A DNA stretch of 64,000 nt from an uncultured Eubacteriales bacterium (lineage in GTDB: Bacteria > Bacillota > Clostridia > Christensenellales > Aristaeellaceae), in the NCBI GenBank assembly GCA_902781095.1, contig CACZHW010000010.1, positions 3,120 through 67,119 of the forward strand, read 5' to 3'. The notes beneath the pieces are model-generated. The model saw nothing but the letters and a program-made list of their open reading frames with translations, ran no database searches and was not told the DNA's origin. Both the position numbers and the translations under genes were made by a program. Below are positions 9,187 through 18,646 of the stretch, piece after piece. Numbering within the stretch: position 1 is the first letter of the stretch; each line of letters begins with the position of its first letter.

Positions 9187-9880
9187 GACCCTGCCGCAGA
9201 AGCTGGAGTATATCTTTGAATACTACAAGTTTCCGCTGGTTCTGGCGCTCATCGCGGCGGTGGCGCTGGGCAGCGTGCTGTACTACCGGCTTACCCGGAA
9301 GGACGCGCTGCTCTACGTCGCCTACGCAAACATCTCCGTGGGCGACACCCTGGCTTCCGAGCTGGAGGAAGGCTTCGTGCGTTTTGCCGGCGCAAATCCC
9401 GGCAAAGCCGAGGTCAGGACCTACCGCAACCTGTACCTGAGCCGGGATGCTTCCGTGCAGAACCACGAGTACGCCTATGCTTCACAGCTCAAGGTCATGC
9501 CCTCCATGGCCAACGGACAGCTGGACCTGCTGCTGATGAACCGCGAGGCTTACGATATCCTGTCCGCCGGGGGCTATCTCTTGCCGCTGGAAGGTTTTCT
9601 GGGTGACAGCCTCTGCGGCAGGCTGTCCGGACGGATCGTTGAGAACACCGTCATCCTTGAGGACAACGACATCGAACACCGCCTGGACGAGCGCATTCCC
9701 TATCGTGCCGAAACCGAGACGGTTCCAAACGGCATTCTGATCTCCGCCTTCCCCCTGTTCGAGCGCGCGGGCTTCTCCGGGGACGTCTTCCTCGGCGTGG
9801 TGGGAAACAGCGTCCGCAGGGAGGTCATTCTGCAGTATATCGATTATCTGACCTCTCAGTCCGAAGCCGGCGCGGCATAA
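9185..9880 (+). CDS. membrane-anchored hypothetical protein
   Basis: ORF 9137..9880 trimmed to MTLPQKLEYIFEYYKFPLVLALIAAVALGSVLYY (one N-terminal TM helix). No family recognised. Confidence 0.5.
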   Translation: MTLPQKLEYIFEYYKFPLVLALIAAVALGSVLYYRLTRKDALLYVAYANISVGDTLASELEEGFVRFAGANPGKAEVRTYRNLYLSRDASVQNHEYAYASQLKVMPSMANGQLDLLLMNREAYDILSAGGYLLPLEGFLGDSLCGRLSGRIVENTVILEDNDIEHRLDERIPYRAETETVPNGILISAFPLFERAGFSGDVFLGVVGNSVRREVILQYIDYLTSQSEAGAA

Positions 9881-9994
9881 TCTCCTCCCGGCAAACGGCT
9901 GCGCCCGCAGCAAGACCGGTGCCCGCCCTCATGACCTGACCCATAGAAATGTCCGGCCCCCGTCAGGAGGCCGGACGCTTTTGGTTCGGGAATC

Positions 9995-11329
9995 CTATGC
10001 CTTTGGGCCGCCTGCCCGCGCAGCGCGTTCCTGTTTCAGGTACCGAAGGGACAGCAGCATGCACAGCCCCTCGGACAGGGTTGCCGCCCACCAGATGCCT
10101 CCCCCGCCGAAGACCGCCGTCACAAGCCAGAGCGACGCTGCGATAAAGACGAGGCCCCGGCCCAGCGATACGGCCATCGACCTGCCCGTCTGCTCCACCG
10201 CGGCCAGGTATCCGCCCGCGGCGATGTTGATCCAGACCAGCAGGAAGGACACGGAGAACACGCGGATGACGGCAGCGCAGGCGCTTCTCAGGCCGGCCAG
10301 TTCGCTTGCGATAAACAGGCCGGCGATCCTCTCCGCCCCGAGCAGGCTGAGCGCGAAGGCCGCAGCGCCCAGGGCGAACGAAGCAGTCAGCGTGTAGCGA
10401 AGGAGGCGTTTTGTCGCGACCTCTTCGCCTTTGCCGTAGTAATAGCTGATCATCGGCTGCGCCCCCTGCGCAATGCCCGCCATGCCCACGACGACGATCA
10501 TGTTGACGTAGCCGATCACCGTGTAGCTGATCAGCGCCTCCTCCCCCAGGAAGCGCACGATCGCATGGTTGAAAAAGAAGGTGGTGAGGCCCGCGGAGAA
10601 CTCCGTAAGGCCGGAAGGCAGGCCGAGGCGGAAGATGCGGCACAGCTCCGTCCCGTCAAACGGCGAAAGCCGCCATCTGAGCGTCGCCTTCGGCCCCAGA
10701 AAATGCACCAGATACACCCCGATCAGCAGCACCTGCGCCGTACCCGTCGCGGTCGCCGCGCCCTTTACGCCCCACCCCAGGTGCAGCACCAGCAGGATGT
10801 CGAGGGCGCAGTGAACGAGGCAGCCGCAGATGACGGCGAAGGTCGCGTAGCGCGGCCTTCCGTCCGTCTTCACCAGCACCTCGAAGGCATAGGAGAGCAC
10901 GAAGCCGAAACTGAACGGCGCCAGGCGCGTGAGATAATCGCGGACGTACGGCATCGTCGGCGCCGTCGCGCCGAGGAAAGACGCCACCCTCTCCGGAAAC
11001 AGCAGGACGATCAGCGTCAGCGCGGCCGAAATCATGCTCAGCACGATGAGGTTCTGCGTCACCACCCGGTCCGCCCTGTCCTTTTTTCCCTGCCCCAGGT
11101 AGATGGAAGCCGCCGTGGAGGTGCCCGCCGTGAAGAGCAGGGACACTGAGAACAGGAAATTGACGTACGGGGAAGCGATGTTGACCGCAGCGAGCGCCAC
11201 CTCGTTCACGCCCCTGGCGACGAAAATCCCGTCTATGGCGCTGTACAGCGCAAAAATCCACTGCGCCAGTACGGAAGCAGTGGCAAAACGAAGAAAATCC
11301 CTCTTCAGGTTTTGAATGTCCAGATTCAA
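9995..11329 (-). CDS. MATE/MOP-superfamily transporter (possible polysaccharide flippase given its context)
   Basis: 444 aa and polytopic. TTG start after an AAGGGA RBS, 10 bp downstream of the DUF4422 gene. Confidence 0.75.
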   Translation of the reverse strand: MNLDIQNLKRDFLRFATASVLAQWIFALYSAIDGIFVARGVNEVALAAVNIASPYVNFLFSVSLLFTAGTSTAASIYLGQGKKDRADRVVTQNLIVLSMISAALTLIVLLFPERVASFLGATAPTMPYVRDYLTRLAPFSFGFVLSYAFEVLVKTDGRPRYATFAVICGCLVHCALDILLVLHLGWGVKGAATATGTAQVLLIGVYLVHFLGPKATLRWRLSPFDGTELCRIFRLGLPSGLTEFSAGLTTFFFNHAIVRFLGEEALISYTVIGYVNMIVVVGMAGIAQGAQPMISYYYGKGEEVATKRLLRYTLTASFALGAAAFALSLLGAERIAGLFIASELAGLRSACAAVIRVFSVSFLLVWINIAAGGYLAAVEQTGRSMAVSLGRGLVFIAASLWLVTAVFGGGGIWWAATLSEGLCMLLSLRYLKQERAARAGGPKA

Positions 11330-11339
11330 AGCTTTCCCT

Positions 11340-12098
11340 TTACTTTCTCGCAGCGGCCAGCTTTCTTTTGAGAAAAGCCGCGCCCTTTTTCAGCCAGTTC
11401 TGCTTTTCCAGAAAGACGTACGGGATGTCGCGGCCCCGGTAGCCCCGGTACAGCAGCCATACGTCGAGCAGGCGCTCCCCCACAAAGCCGAAGACGCGCG
11501 CGTCATAGGCGCTGTAGAGCGAAAGGTCCAGCCGCGCCTCCAGTTCAAACAGGACAGGGAACAGCCACGCGCAGTACGCGTCCGCAAGCTCCCTTTTCAT
11601 GATGAACATGTTGAACCGGTGGCCGGACGTCCGCTTCATCACCGCGTCCCACGCGGGCAGCGCCTGCGGGCACCGCTCCGAAAGGATCTGCCGGGTGAGG
11701 GCCAGGTCCTGCGCGTGGTGCGCGTGGACGTACTGGCTTTCGGTCGTCTCGATCCAGTAGTGGCGCTTCGACGGCAGCAGGATGTCGTCCTTCTCCAGCA
11801 GCGCTTCAATCTCCCGGCCGCAGAGGATGCGCGCAAACTTGCCGCCCAGGCCGCGCCTGGCAAAATACCTGCGGTAATGGCACAGGCCCAGCGCGTCCGA
11901 CTGCGTGTTCTTCCATGCCCAGTACAGGCCGGTCAGTTCGCAGTAGTGCGGGTTTTTCGCGCTGATGTTCTCCCCTTCGCAGTCGCGCCGGAAACCGATG
12001 GACGCCTTCCCTTCGGCGCCCACGTGCAGCGGCAGGTAGCAGGGATCCTCCGGCATGCGGTACGGCTTGTGCGCCGCTACGATGACGATCGTCTTCAT
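11340..12098 (-). CDS. DUF4422 domain glycosyltransferase-like exopolysaccharide biosynthesis protein
   Basis: 252 aa with MKTIVIVAAHKPYRMP...YCELTGLYWAWKN...HYRRYF motifs typical of DUF4422. Overlaps the upstream gene by 4 bp. Confidence 0.7.
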   Translation of the reverse strand: MKTIVIVAAHKPYRMPEDPCYLPLHVGAEGKASIGFRRDCEGENISAKNPHYCELTGLYWAWKNTQSDALGLCHYRRYFARRGLGGKFARILCGREIEALLEKDDILLPSKRHYWIETTESQYVHAHHAQDLALTRQILSERCPQALPAWDAVMKRTSGHRFNMFIMKRELADAYCAWLFPVLFELEARLDLSLYSAYDARVFGFVGERLLDVWLLYRGYRGRDIPYVFLEKQNWLKKGAAFLKRKLAAARK

Positions 12099-13495
12099 GG
12101 CTTTTCATCCCCGCCGGTGGTCAGCTGTTCCTGGTTGATCATCCCGCCGAACGCCGTCTTGAACAGGATGCGCAGATCCAGCAGCGGCGACCAGTTCTCA
12201 ATGTAGTAGATGTCGTATTTCACGCGGTCGCGGATGGACGTATCCCCGCGCAGGCCGTTGACCTGCGCCCAGCCGGTGATGCCCGGGCGCACCTGCTGGC
12301 GCACGAGGTAACGCGGGATTTCCTCCCGGAAGGTCTTTACGTGGTAGGGCACCTCCGGCCTGGGACCGATGAGGCTCATGTCCCCGCAGAGCACGTTGAA
12401 AAACTGCGGCAGTTCGTCGATGGAGAACTTGCGGATGAACGCGCCGAAGCGCGTCTTGCGCGGGTCCTGATTCCGGCTCCAGCCGGTCTGCTCCGTCCCC
12501 GTGACGCGCATGCTGCGGAACTTCAGCATGCGGAAAGGCTTCTTGTCCTTGCCGATCCGCTCCTGTTTGAAGAGGATGGGGCCGGGGCTGCTCAGCTTTA
12601 CGCCGACGGCCGTCAGCAGCATAATCGGGCTCGTCAGCAGGATGAGCGCAAGCGAGGCGACGATGTCGAAGGTCCGCTTGAAGGTGGCGGCGAACAGGTT
12701 GTCCAGCGGGGTCGCCCGCAGGTCGATGAGCTTCGTGCGTCCCACGTTGTCGATGACGGGGTGGCTGGGATAGAAGTCGTTGAAGAACGGGATCAGGCTG
12801 ACGCGCACGCCCTCCTTGTCCGTCGCCGCGAAAATCCGCTGCATGAACTGGGTCTCGTGGGGCTCCAGCGCGATGATGACCTCGTCCACCGGCGTCTCCT
12901 GCAGAATCCGTTCCAGGTCCTCGTAGCTGCCCAGGCAGCGTCCCAGTTCCTCCTTCCGGTGCGCGGAGAGATAGCCGTCCACGACGTAGCCTGTCTGCGG
13001 GTTCTCCCGGATGTACTGAATGTACTGCGCGGCCAGGTGGCCGTTCCCCACGACGACGACGTGCCGCATATGCCGGCTGAGGCTCCTGCTGCGCAGCGCG
13101 CGCACGATCAGCCGCTCTGCGACGATGAAGCCGCAGCAAAGCGCCCAGAAAACGACGAAGAGGAGGCGCGAAAAATCGAGCTGCCGCTGCAGGAACATGA
13201 AGGCTGTGAGCAGCACGACGCCGATGCCGTTGACGATGAGCACCCACTGGATCTCCCAGGAGAGGGTGCGGCGCGGGTTCACCTTGTACATCTGCAGGCA
13301 GTAAAACGCGAAAACGACGGCCATGGCGTATGCCGTGATGAGCGTCATAAAGCCGCGGCTGTAGAAATCCAGGTGGGCGTTGCCCCCCATGACGCCGAAG
13401 CGCAGGGAAACCGACAGCAAATAAGCGCAGATGATGAGCAGCACTTCGGCCGCCATGCACAGCGCCTCCCGTATCCTGCGATTATCCGAACGCAT
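12095..13495 (-). CDS. undecaprenyl-phosphate hexose phosphotransferase (bacterial sugar transferase, WcaJ/EpsL-like)
   Basis: 466 aa with N-terminal TM helices. The C-terminal domain reads KRTFDIVASLALILLTSPIM...RIGKDKKPFRMLKFRSM...DELPQFFNVLCGDMSLIGPRP. Confidence 0.85.
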   Translation of the reverse strand: MRSDNRRIREALCMAAEVLLIICAYLLSVSLRFGVMGGNAHLDFYSRGFMTLITAYAMAVVFAFYCLQMYKVNPRRTLSWEIQWVLIVNGIGVVLLTAFMFLQRQLDFSRLLFVVFWALCCGFIVAERLIVRALRSRSLSRHMRHVVVVGNGHLAAQYIQYIRENPQTGYVVDGYLSAHRKEELGRCLGSYEDLERILQETPVDEVIIALEPHETQFMQRIFAATDKEGVRVSLIPFFNDFYPSHPVIDNVGRTKLIDLRATPLDNLFAATFKRTFDIVASLALILLTSPIMLLTAVGVKLSSPGPILFKQERIGKDKKPFRMLKFRSMRVTGTEQTGWSRNQDPRKTRFGAFIRKFSIDELPQFFNVLCGDMSLIGPRPEVPYHVKTFREEIPRYLVRQQVRPGITGWAQVNGLRGDTSIRDRVKYDIYYIENWSPLLDLRILFKTAFGGMINQEQLTTGGDEKP

Positions 13496-13652
13496 AAACC
13501 TGCCTCTTTTCGAATGATACTAAAGGATATTATAACCATATTAGGCCCCTCCTGACAAGCCCTCACGGCTGCCGCGGAGGTTGTATCCGGACGCCTTTCA
13601 TGGTATAATCCGCGCTAACAAACCAAACCCTTCCGCTCCCAGGAGGCCGCCT

Positions 13653-14930
13653 ATGACCGATTACACTTTCGCGTACGGCGATACAACCGTCACGCTGCCG
13701 CTCGACGAGCGGCAGGTGCTGGGGGTCGTGCGCGGAAACCGCGTACCCCCGGTTTCAGATATCCGCGCCGCGCTGTATGACGCGCTGGACCACCCCGTCG
13801 ATTCCCTTCCGCTCCGCGCGCGTGTCCGGCGCGGCATGCGCATCGCGCTGATCGTCTCCGACATGAGCCGTTTCTGGATGCGGCAGGATCTGGTCGTCCC
13901 CCATCTCATCGCGTATCTGAACGATTGCGGCGTGTCCGATGAAAGCATCACGATCGTCATCGCCAACGGGACGCACGAGGGCGGCAGCGAACAGGACCTG
14001 CGCACGCTTTTGACGGACGCCGTTTACGACCGCATCCGCGCCGTAAACCACGACTGCCTGGCCGACGATCTCGTCTGCATCGGCGAAACCGCGCACGGCA
14101 CGAAGGTCTCCATCCATCCCGCCGCCGCTGCCGCCGATCTCGTCATCGCGCTGGGCGCCGCCACCTACCACGTGATGGCCGGCTACGGCGGCGGCCGCAA
14201 GAGCATCCTGCCGGGCATCAGTTCGCTGGAAACCATCCGGCACAACCACGCCTTCGCGCTGGATCCGGCGCGCTTCCGGTCCAACCCGCTCATCGGCAAC
14301 GGCGTCACCGCGGGCAACCCGCTGAACGAGGACATGTGCGAGGCCGCCGCGCTTCTGGGGAACCTGTTCACCGTAAACCTCGTGATGAACGCGGACATGG
14401 TGCTGTGCTCCGTCTTCTGCGGACACCCGCTCACAAGCTGGCAGCGGGCCTGCCGGGCAGTCGATGAGGTCATGCGCGTCCCCGTTCCGCAGCGCGCGGA
14501 CGTCATCGTCGCCTCCTGCGGCGGGTTCCCCAAGGATATGTCCCTCTACCAGGGCACCAAGACGATCGACAACATCGAGTTCGCCCTGAAGCCCGGCGGC
14601 ACCCTCGTCATCCTCATGGAGGCGCGGGACGGCGGCGGCCCTGCGGAGTACTTCGACTGGATCGGACCCTTGCAGGACGGCACGTTTGAAGAGAAACTCC
14701 GCAGCCACTTCACGATCCCCGGCTACATCTTCCTGCTCAACTGCGAGCAGGCGCAGCGTTACCGCATCCTGATGCTGACCGGCGTCGCGCCGGAGGTCCT
14801 CGCGCCGATGGGCATACAGGCCTTCATCGACCCCGCAAAGCTGCTTGAGGCCGCCCGCCTCGAGGGGAAGAGCATCTACGTCATTCCCAACGGCTCCGCC
14901 GTCATGCCATATGTGGAGGGAGAAGCATGA
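13653..14930 (+). CDS. larA: LarA-family nickel-pincer-dependent 2-hydroxyacid racemase/epimerase homolog (DUF2088)
   Basis: ORF trimmed to MTDYTFAYGD after an AGGAGG RBS. Contains ANGTHEG and GYGGGRKSILPG (the Lys of the NPN-tether motif). Length is about 425 aa. Confidence 0.75.
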   Translation: MTDYTFAYGDTTVTLPLDERQVLGVVRGNRVPPVSDIRAALYDALDHPVDSLPLRARVRRGMRIALIVSDMSRFWMRQDLVVPHLIAYLNDCGVSDESITIVIANGTHEGGSEQDLRTLLTDAVYDRIRAVNHDCLADDLVCIGETAHGTKVSIHPAAAAADLVIALGAATYHVMAGYGGGRKSILPGISSLETIRHNHAFALDPARFRSNPLIGNGVTAGNPLNEDMCEAAALLGNLFTVNLVMNADMVLCSVFCGHPLTSWQRACRAVDEVMRVPVPQRADVIVASCGGFPKDMSLYQGTKTIDNIEFALKPGGTLVILMEARDGGGPAEYFDWIGPLQDGTFEEKLRSHFTIPGYIFLLNCEQAQRYRILMLTGVAPEVLAPMGIQAFIDPAKLLEAARLEGKSIYVIPNGSAVMPYVEGEA

Positions 14931-16072
14931 AACTGATTGCCGACCGCTACGAAAACATCAAAGCCGGACTGATGCTGGATTCCGACGCCGTAAACCGCTA
15001 CGGCGACCTCGTGGACCTGTCCATCGGGGACACCGACTTCACCACCGACGAGCGCATCATCGACGCCGCCATGCGCGACGCCAGGGCCGGCCACACGCGC
15101 TACGGATTCCCACAGGGCGATCCGGAGCTGATCGACGCCATCCGCACGGCCTGGCGAGAGGACTTCGGCCAGGAGATCCCGCACGACAACGTCTTTATCA
15201 CCGCCTCCTCCTGCCTGGGCATGGCCGAAGTGCTGATGACGATGCTGAACCCCGGCGATGAGGTCATCGTCCTGGGACCCTACTTCGCCATCTACCGGGA
15301 GCAGATCCAGCTCGCCGGCGGCGTCTGCGTCGAAGTTCCTTCCTATGAAGAAGAAGGTTACGCGCTCGTAAAGGAGCGCCTCCTTAACGCCCTGTCGCCG
15401 CGCACCCGGGCCGTCATCCTCAACAACCCCTGCAACCCGACCGGCATGGCCTACAGCCGCGCCGATCTGAACGTCCTCTCCGCCGTCGCGCAGGAGCGGG
15501 ACCTCGTGCTCATCGCCGACGAGATCTACACGAAATACGTCTTCGAGGGCGAATTCATCCCGCTGCGGACCCTGCCCGGGCTGGAAGGGCGCGTCATCAC
15601 CCTCAACAGCTTTTCCAAGAACTTCATGATGACCGGCTGGCGCGTCGGCTGCGTCATCGCGCCCGCTGCTTTCTGCCGCGCGCTGCAGCAGCTCAACGGC
15701 TCCATGATTTACACCGCGCCCTCCGTCAGCCAGCGGGCGGCCATCGAAGCGCTGCGCCTGCGCGAGGACGTCGCCCGGCGCTACATCACGCGCTACCGCG
15801 ACCGGCTCCTCTACGCGGCGGACCGCGTCGAGCGCATCCCCTGGATGACGCTCTCCCGCCCCAAGGGCACCTTCTACCTCTTCCCCGGCATCACGAAGAC
15901 GGGGCTGGACTCCGCGGGTTTCTGCAAGGCCGCGCTGGAGCAGGCGCACGTGCTGATGAGCCCCGGCAGCGCCTTCGGCAAAAGCGGCGCCGGGCACGTC
16001 CGCATCGCCGTCACCCAGCCCATGGAAAAGCTTCAGGCCGCGTTTGACCGCCTGGAGGCCATGCGCCTGTGA
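14927..16072 (+). CDS. pyridoxal-phosphate-dependent aminotransferase (class I/II)
   Basis: 381 aa with NNPCNPTG and SFSKNFMMTGWRVG (PLP-lysine motif). Its ATG overlaps the larA-homolog stop. Confidence 0.85.
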   Translation: MKLIADRYENIKAGLMLDSDAVNRYGDLVDLSIGDTDFTTDERIIDAAMRDARAGHTRYGFPQGDPELIDAIRTAWREDFGQEIPHDNVFITASSCLGMAEVLMTMLNPGDEVIVLGPYFAIYREQIQLAGGVCVEVPSYEEEGYALVKERLLNALSPRTRAVILNNPCNPTGMAYSRADLNVLSAVAQERDLVLIADEIYTKYVFEGEFIPLRTLPGLEGRVITLNSFSKNFMMTGWRVGCVIAPAAFCRALQQLNGSMIYTAPSVSQRAAIEALRLREDVARRYITRYRDRLLYAADRVERIPWMTLSRPKGTFYLFPGITKTGLDSAGFCKAALEQAHVLMSPGSAFGKSGAGHVRIAVTQPMEKLQAAFDRLEAMRL

Positions 16073-16153
16073 CATTCCTGCCGCTTCCTTCTCCAAAATC
16101 TTTGTTTATACAAAAAATCTGCTGATTATACGCAAATTTCTGTATAAAACAGC

Positions 16154-16181
16154 TTGACAACGACAAATTTATGCATATAAT
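16154..16181 (+). promoter_or_regulatory. sigma70-type promoter for the ABC transporter operon
   Basis: TTGACA (16154..16159), 16-nt spacer, TATAAT (16176..16181). Confidence 0.5.
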
Positions 16182-16229
16182 GATGTCCATTGCAAGTTAC
16201 TTCAACCTTTGATTCAGGAGGAAAAACAA

Positions 16230-17024
16230 ATGAAAAGGATTCTTGCTCTCGTTCTGGCGCTTGCCCTGGTTCTCGCCCTCTCCTGCGCCTCTGCCGAGAC
16301 CGCCCTTGAAAAGGTCAAGGCCGCCGGCAAGCTCGTCGTCGGCACGGAAGCCACTTATCCCCCGTACGAGTATCTGGACGACAACGCCCAGATGGCCGGC
16401 TGCGACATCTGGCTCGCCCAGCAGATCGCGGACGCGCTCGGCGTCGAGCTCGTGATGCAGGACATGGCCTTCGACGGCATCATCCCCGCCGTGCAGGCCG
16501 GCCAGATAGATCTGGGCATCGCCGCCTTCACTGTCACCCCGGAGCGCGCCGAGGTCATCGACTTCTCCCATCAGTATGAGCTTTCTGAGCAGCTCCTTAT
16601 TGTAAAAGCTGAAAACGCAGAAGTCTATGCAACCAAGGAGAGCCTGGCCGGCAAGCGCGTCGGCGCGCAGCTGGGCACCATCCAGAGCCAGCTCGTCGAA
16701 TCCGCGCTGCCCGACAGCGAGCTCTTTGAGCTTCCCACCTATCCGGAATTGGGTCTGGAGATTAAAAATGGCAACATCGCTGGTTGCGTTGTTGATAAAG
16801 CAGTCGGCGAATCTATGGTAGCTAACAGCGACGGTGCTCTTGCTGTTTCCGCTTTCGCCTTTACGGCAGAAGAAGCATCTTTCGGCAAAGCAGTCGTGCT
16901 ACAGAAGGGAACTGATGACCTGCTGGCTGCTATCAATGAAGTCATTGATAGAGTTGTTGCCGACAATAGCTATATCGAAGAATTCAACAAAGCTAAGGCT
17001 GCCACCGGGGCCACCGGCGAGTAA
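16230..17024 (+). CDS. amino-acid ABC transporter substrate-binding lipoprotein
   Basis: Starts MKRILALVLALALVLALSCASAE (lipobox) after an AGGAGG RBS. Family-3 SBP motifs are present (GTEATYPPYEY, DGIIPAVQAGQIDLGIAAFT). Confidence 0.85.
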   Translation: MKRILALVLALALVLALSCASAETALEKVKAAGKLVVGTEATYPPYEYLDDNAQMAGCDIWLAQQIADALGVELVMQDMAFDGIIPAVQAGQIDLGIAAFTVTPERAEVIDFSHQYELSEQLLIVKAENAEVYATKESLAGKRVGAQLGTIQSQLVESALPDSELFELPTYPELGLEIKNGNIAGCVVDKAVGESMVANSDGALAVSAFAFTAEEASFGKAVVLQKGTDDLLAAINEVIDRVVADNSYIEEFNKAKAATGATGE

Positions 17025-17079
17025 GCCTCTCTCCTTTGCCTGTCTGACAGCGGCCCTCGGGCCGCGAACCTACAGCACA

Positions 17080-17113
17080 GCCTCCCCTTTCCGGGGAGGC
17101 AGTCCCTTTTATT
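17080..17113 (+). terminator. intra-operon hairpin/partial terminator after the SBP gene
   Basis: GCCTCCCCTTTCCGGGGAGGC followed by AGTCCCTTTTATT. A second hairpin, GCGGCCCTCGGGCCGC, lies at 17050..17065. Confidence 0.45.
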
Positions 17114-17140
17114 CACCCTGTCTTATATCGGAGAATTCCC

Positions 17141-17842
17141 ATGCAGTTTATCCAGACCATCATCAAGATCCTGTCCAAGTACGGCAATTTTTTCGCCGAG
17201 GGCGTGCGCAACACGCTGATCATCTCCCTCATGGCCGTCTTCTTCGGCACCATCCTGGGGGCGCTCATGGCGCTGGCGAGGATGAGCCGGATCCGGCCGC
17301 TGCGCTGGCTGGCCACCGCCTACATCGAGTTCTTCCGCGGCACGCCGCTCATGGTGCAGCTGACCTTCATCTTCTACGGCCTGCCGATGATCGGCGTCAC
17401 CTTCCCGGAGGTCTCCTTCATCCCCGACTTCTCGCGCTTCATGGCCGGCGTCGTCGCCATGAGCCTCAACAGCTGCGCGTACGTGGCGGAGGTCATCCGC
17501 TCCGGCATACAGGCCGTCGATCCCGGCCAGATGGAAGCCGCCCGGTGTCTGGGCCTCTCCGGCGGACAGGGCATGACGATGGTCGTGCTCCCGCAGGCCA
17601 TCCGCAACATCCTCCCCGCGCTGGGCAACGAGTTCATCACCGTCATCAAGGAATCCTCCGTCGTCTCGGTCATCGGTATCGCCGACCTCATGTACCGCAC
17701 CAACGGCGTGAAGGCCAAGACCTACAACGTACTGGAATGCCTGGCCACAGCGGCCATCATCTACTTCATCCTGACCTTTACCCTCAGCAAGCTGGTCGCC
17801 TGGGCAGAAAGGAGAATGGCACATGGCCGCAAACACCACTAA
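17141..17842 (+). CDS. amino-acid ABC transporter permease (HisMQ family)
   Basis: 233 aa with [13 protein letters not shown] and the EAA-like loop [14 protein letters not shown]. Confidence 0.85.
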   Translation: MQFIQTIIKILSKYGNFFAEGVRNTLIISLMAVFFGTILGALMALARMSRIRPLRWLATAYIEFFRGTPLMVQLTFIFYGLPMIGVTFPEVSFIPDFSRFMAGVVAMSLNSCAYVAEVIRSGIQAVDPGQMEAARCLGLSGGQGMTMVVLPQAIRNILPALGNEFITVIKESSVVSVIGIADLMYRTNGVKAKTYNVLECLATAAIIYFILTFTLSKLVAWAERRMAHGRKHH

Positions 17843-18581
17843 CGCTCCCGCGGAAGAGATCATCCGCGTCGAGCACCTGACCAAGAAATTCGAGAATCTT
17901 CTCGTGCTGGACGACATCTCCACCTCCTTCCGCAAACACGAGGTCGTCAGCGTCATCGGCCCTTCCGGCGGCGGCAAATCCACCTTCCTGCGCTGTCTGA
18001 ACCTGATGGAGACGCCCACCTCCGGCGCCATCTACGTGGACGGGGTGGACATCTGCAAAAAGGGCGTGGACATCAACCGGCACCGCGAAAAGATGGGCAT
18101 GGTCTTTCAACAGTTCAACCTGTTCAACAACATGAACGTCATGAAGAACCTCACCGCCGCGCCTGTCAAGCTGAAGAAGATGACGCTCGACGCGGCGGAA
18201 GCCAAGGGCATGTCGCTCCTGCGCCGCGTCGGGCTGGAGGACAAGCGCAACAGCTATCCTTACGAGCTCTCCGGCGGGCAGAAGCAGCGCATCGCCATCG
18301 TGCGCGCGCTGATGATGAACCCGGAGGTCATGCTCTTCGACGAGCCGACCTCCGCCCTGGATCCGGAGATGATCGGCGAGGTGCTCGACGTCATGCGCGA
18401 GCTCGCCGAGGACGGCATGACGATGATCGTCGTCACGCACGAGATGCGTTTCGCCCGGGAGGTCTCCAGCCGCACGCTCTTCCTCTCCGACGGCCATATT
18501 GAGGAGGACAAGCCGAGCCACGAGCTGTTCGACCACCCGGAAAGCCCCCGCCTCATCTCCTTCCTGCAGAAGGTGCTGTAA
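17823..18581 (+). CDS. amino-acid ABC transporter ATP-binding protein
   Basis: Walker [10 protein letters not shown], signature LSGGQKQR, Walker [12 protein letters not shown]. Confidence 0.9.
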   Translation: MAANTTNAPAEEIIRVEHLTKKFENLLVLDDISTSFRKHEVVSVIGPSGGGKSTFLRCLNLMETPTSGAIYVDGVDICKKGVDINRHREKMGMVFQQFNLFNNMNVMKNLTAAPVKLKKMTLDAAEAKGMSLLRRVGLEDKRNSYPYELSGGQKQRIAIVRALMMNPEVMLFDEPTSALDPEMIGEVLDVMRELAEDGMTMIVVTHEMRFAREVSSRTLFLSDGHIEEDKPSHELFDHPESPRLISFLQKVL

Positions 18582-18597
18582 ATCTCCCCCGCATTAC

Positions 18598-18633
18598 AAA
18601 AGGGATCCCCGCTCCGGCGGAGATCCCTTTTTT
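18598..18633. terminator. bidirectional terminator between convergent operons
   Basis: AAAGGGATC...GATCCCTTTTTT hairpin with A and T runs on both sides. Confidence 0.55.
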
Positions 18634-18646
18634 CGTGTCTGTCCGA

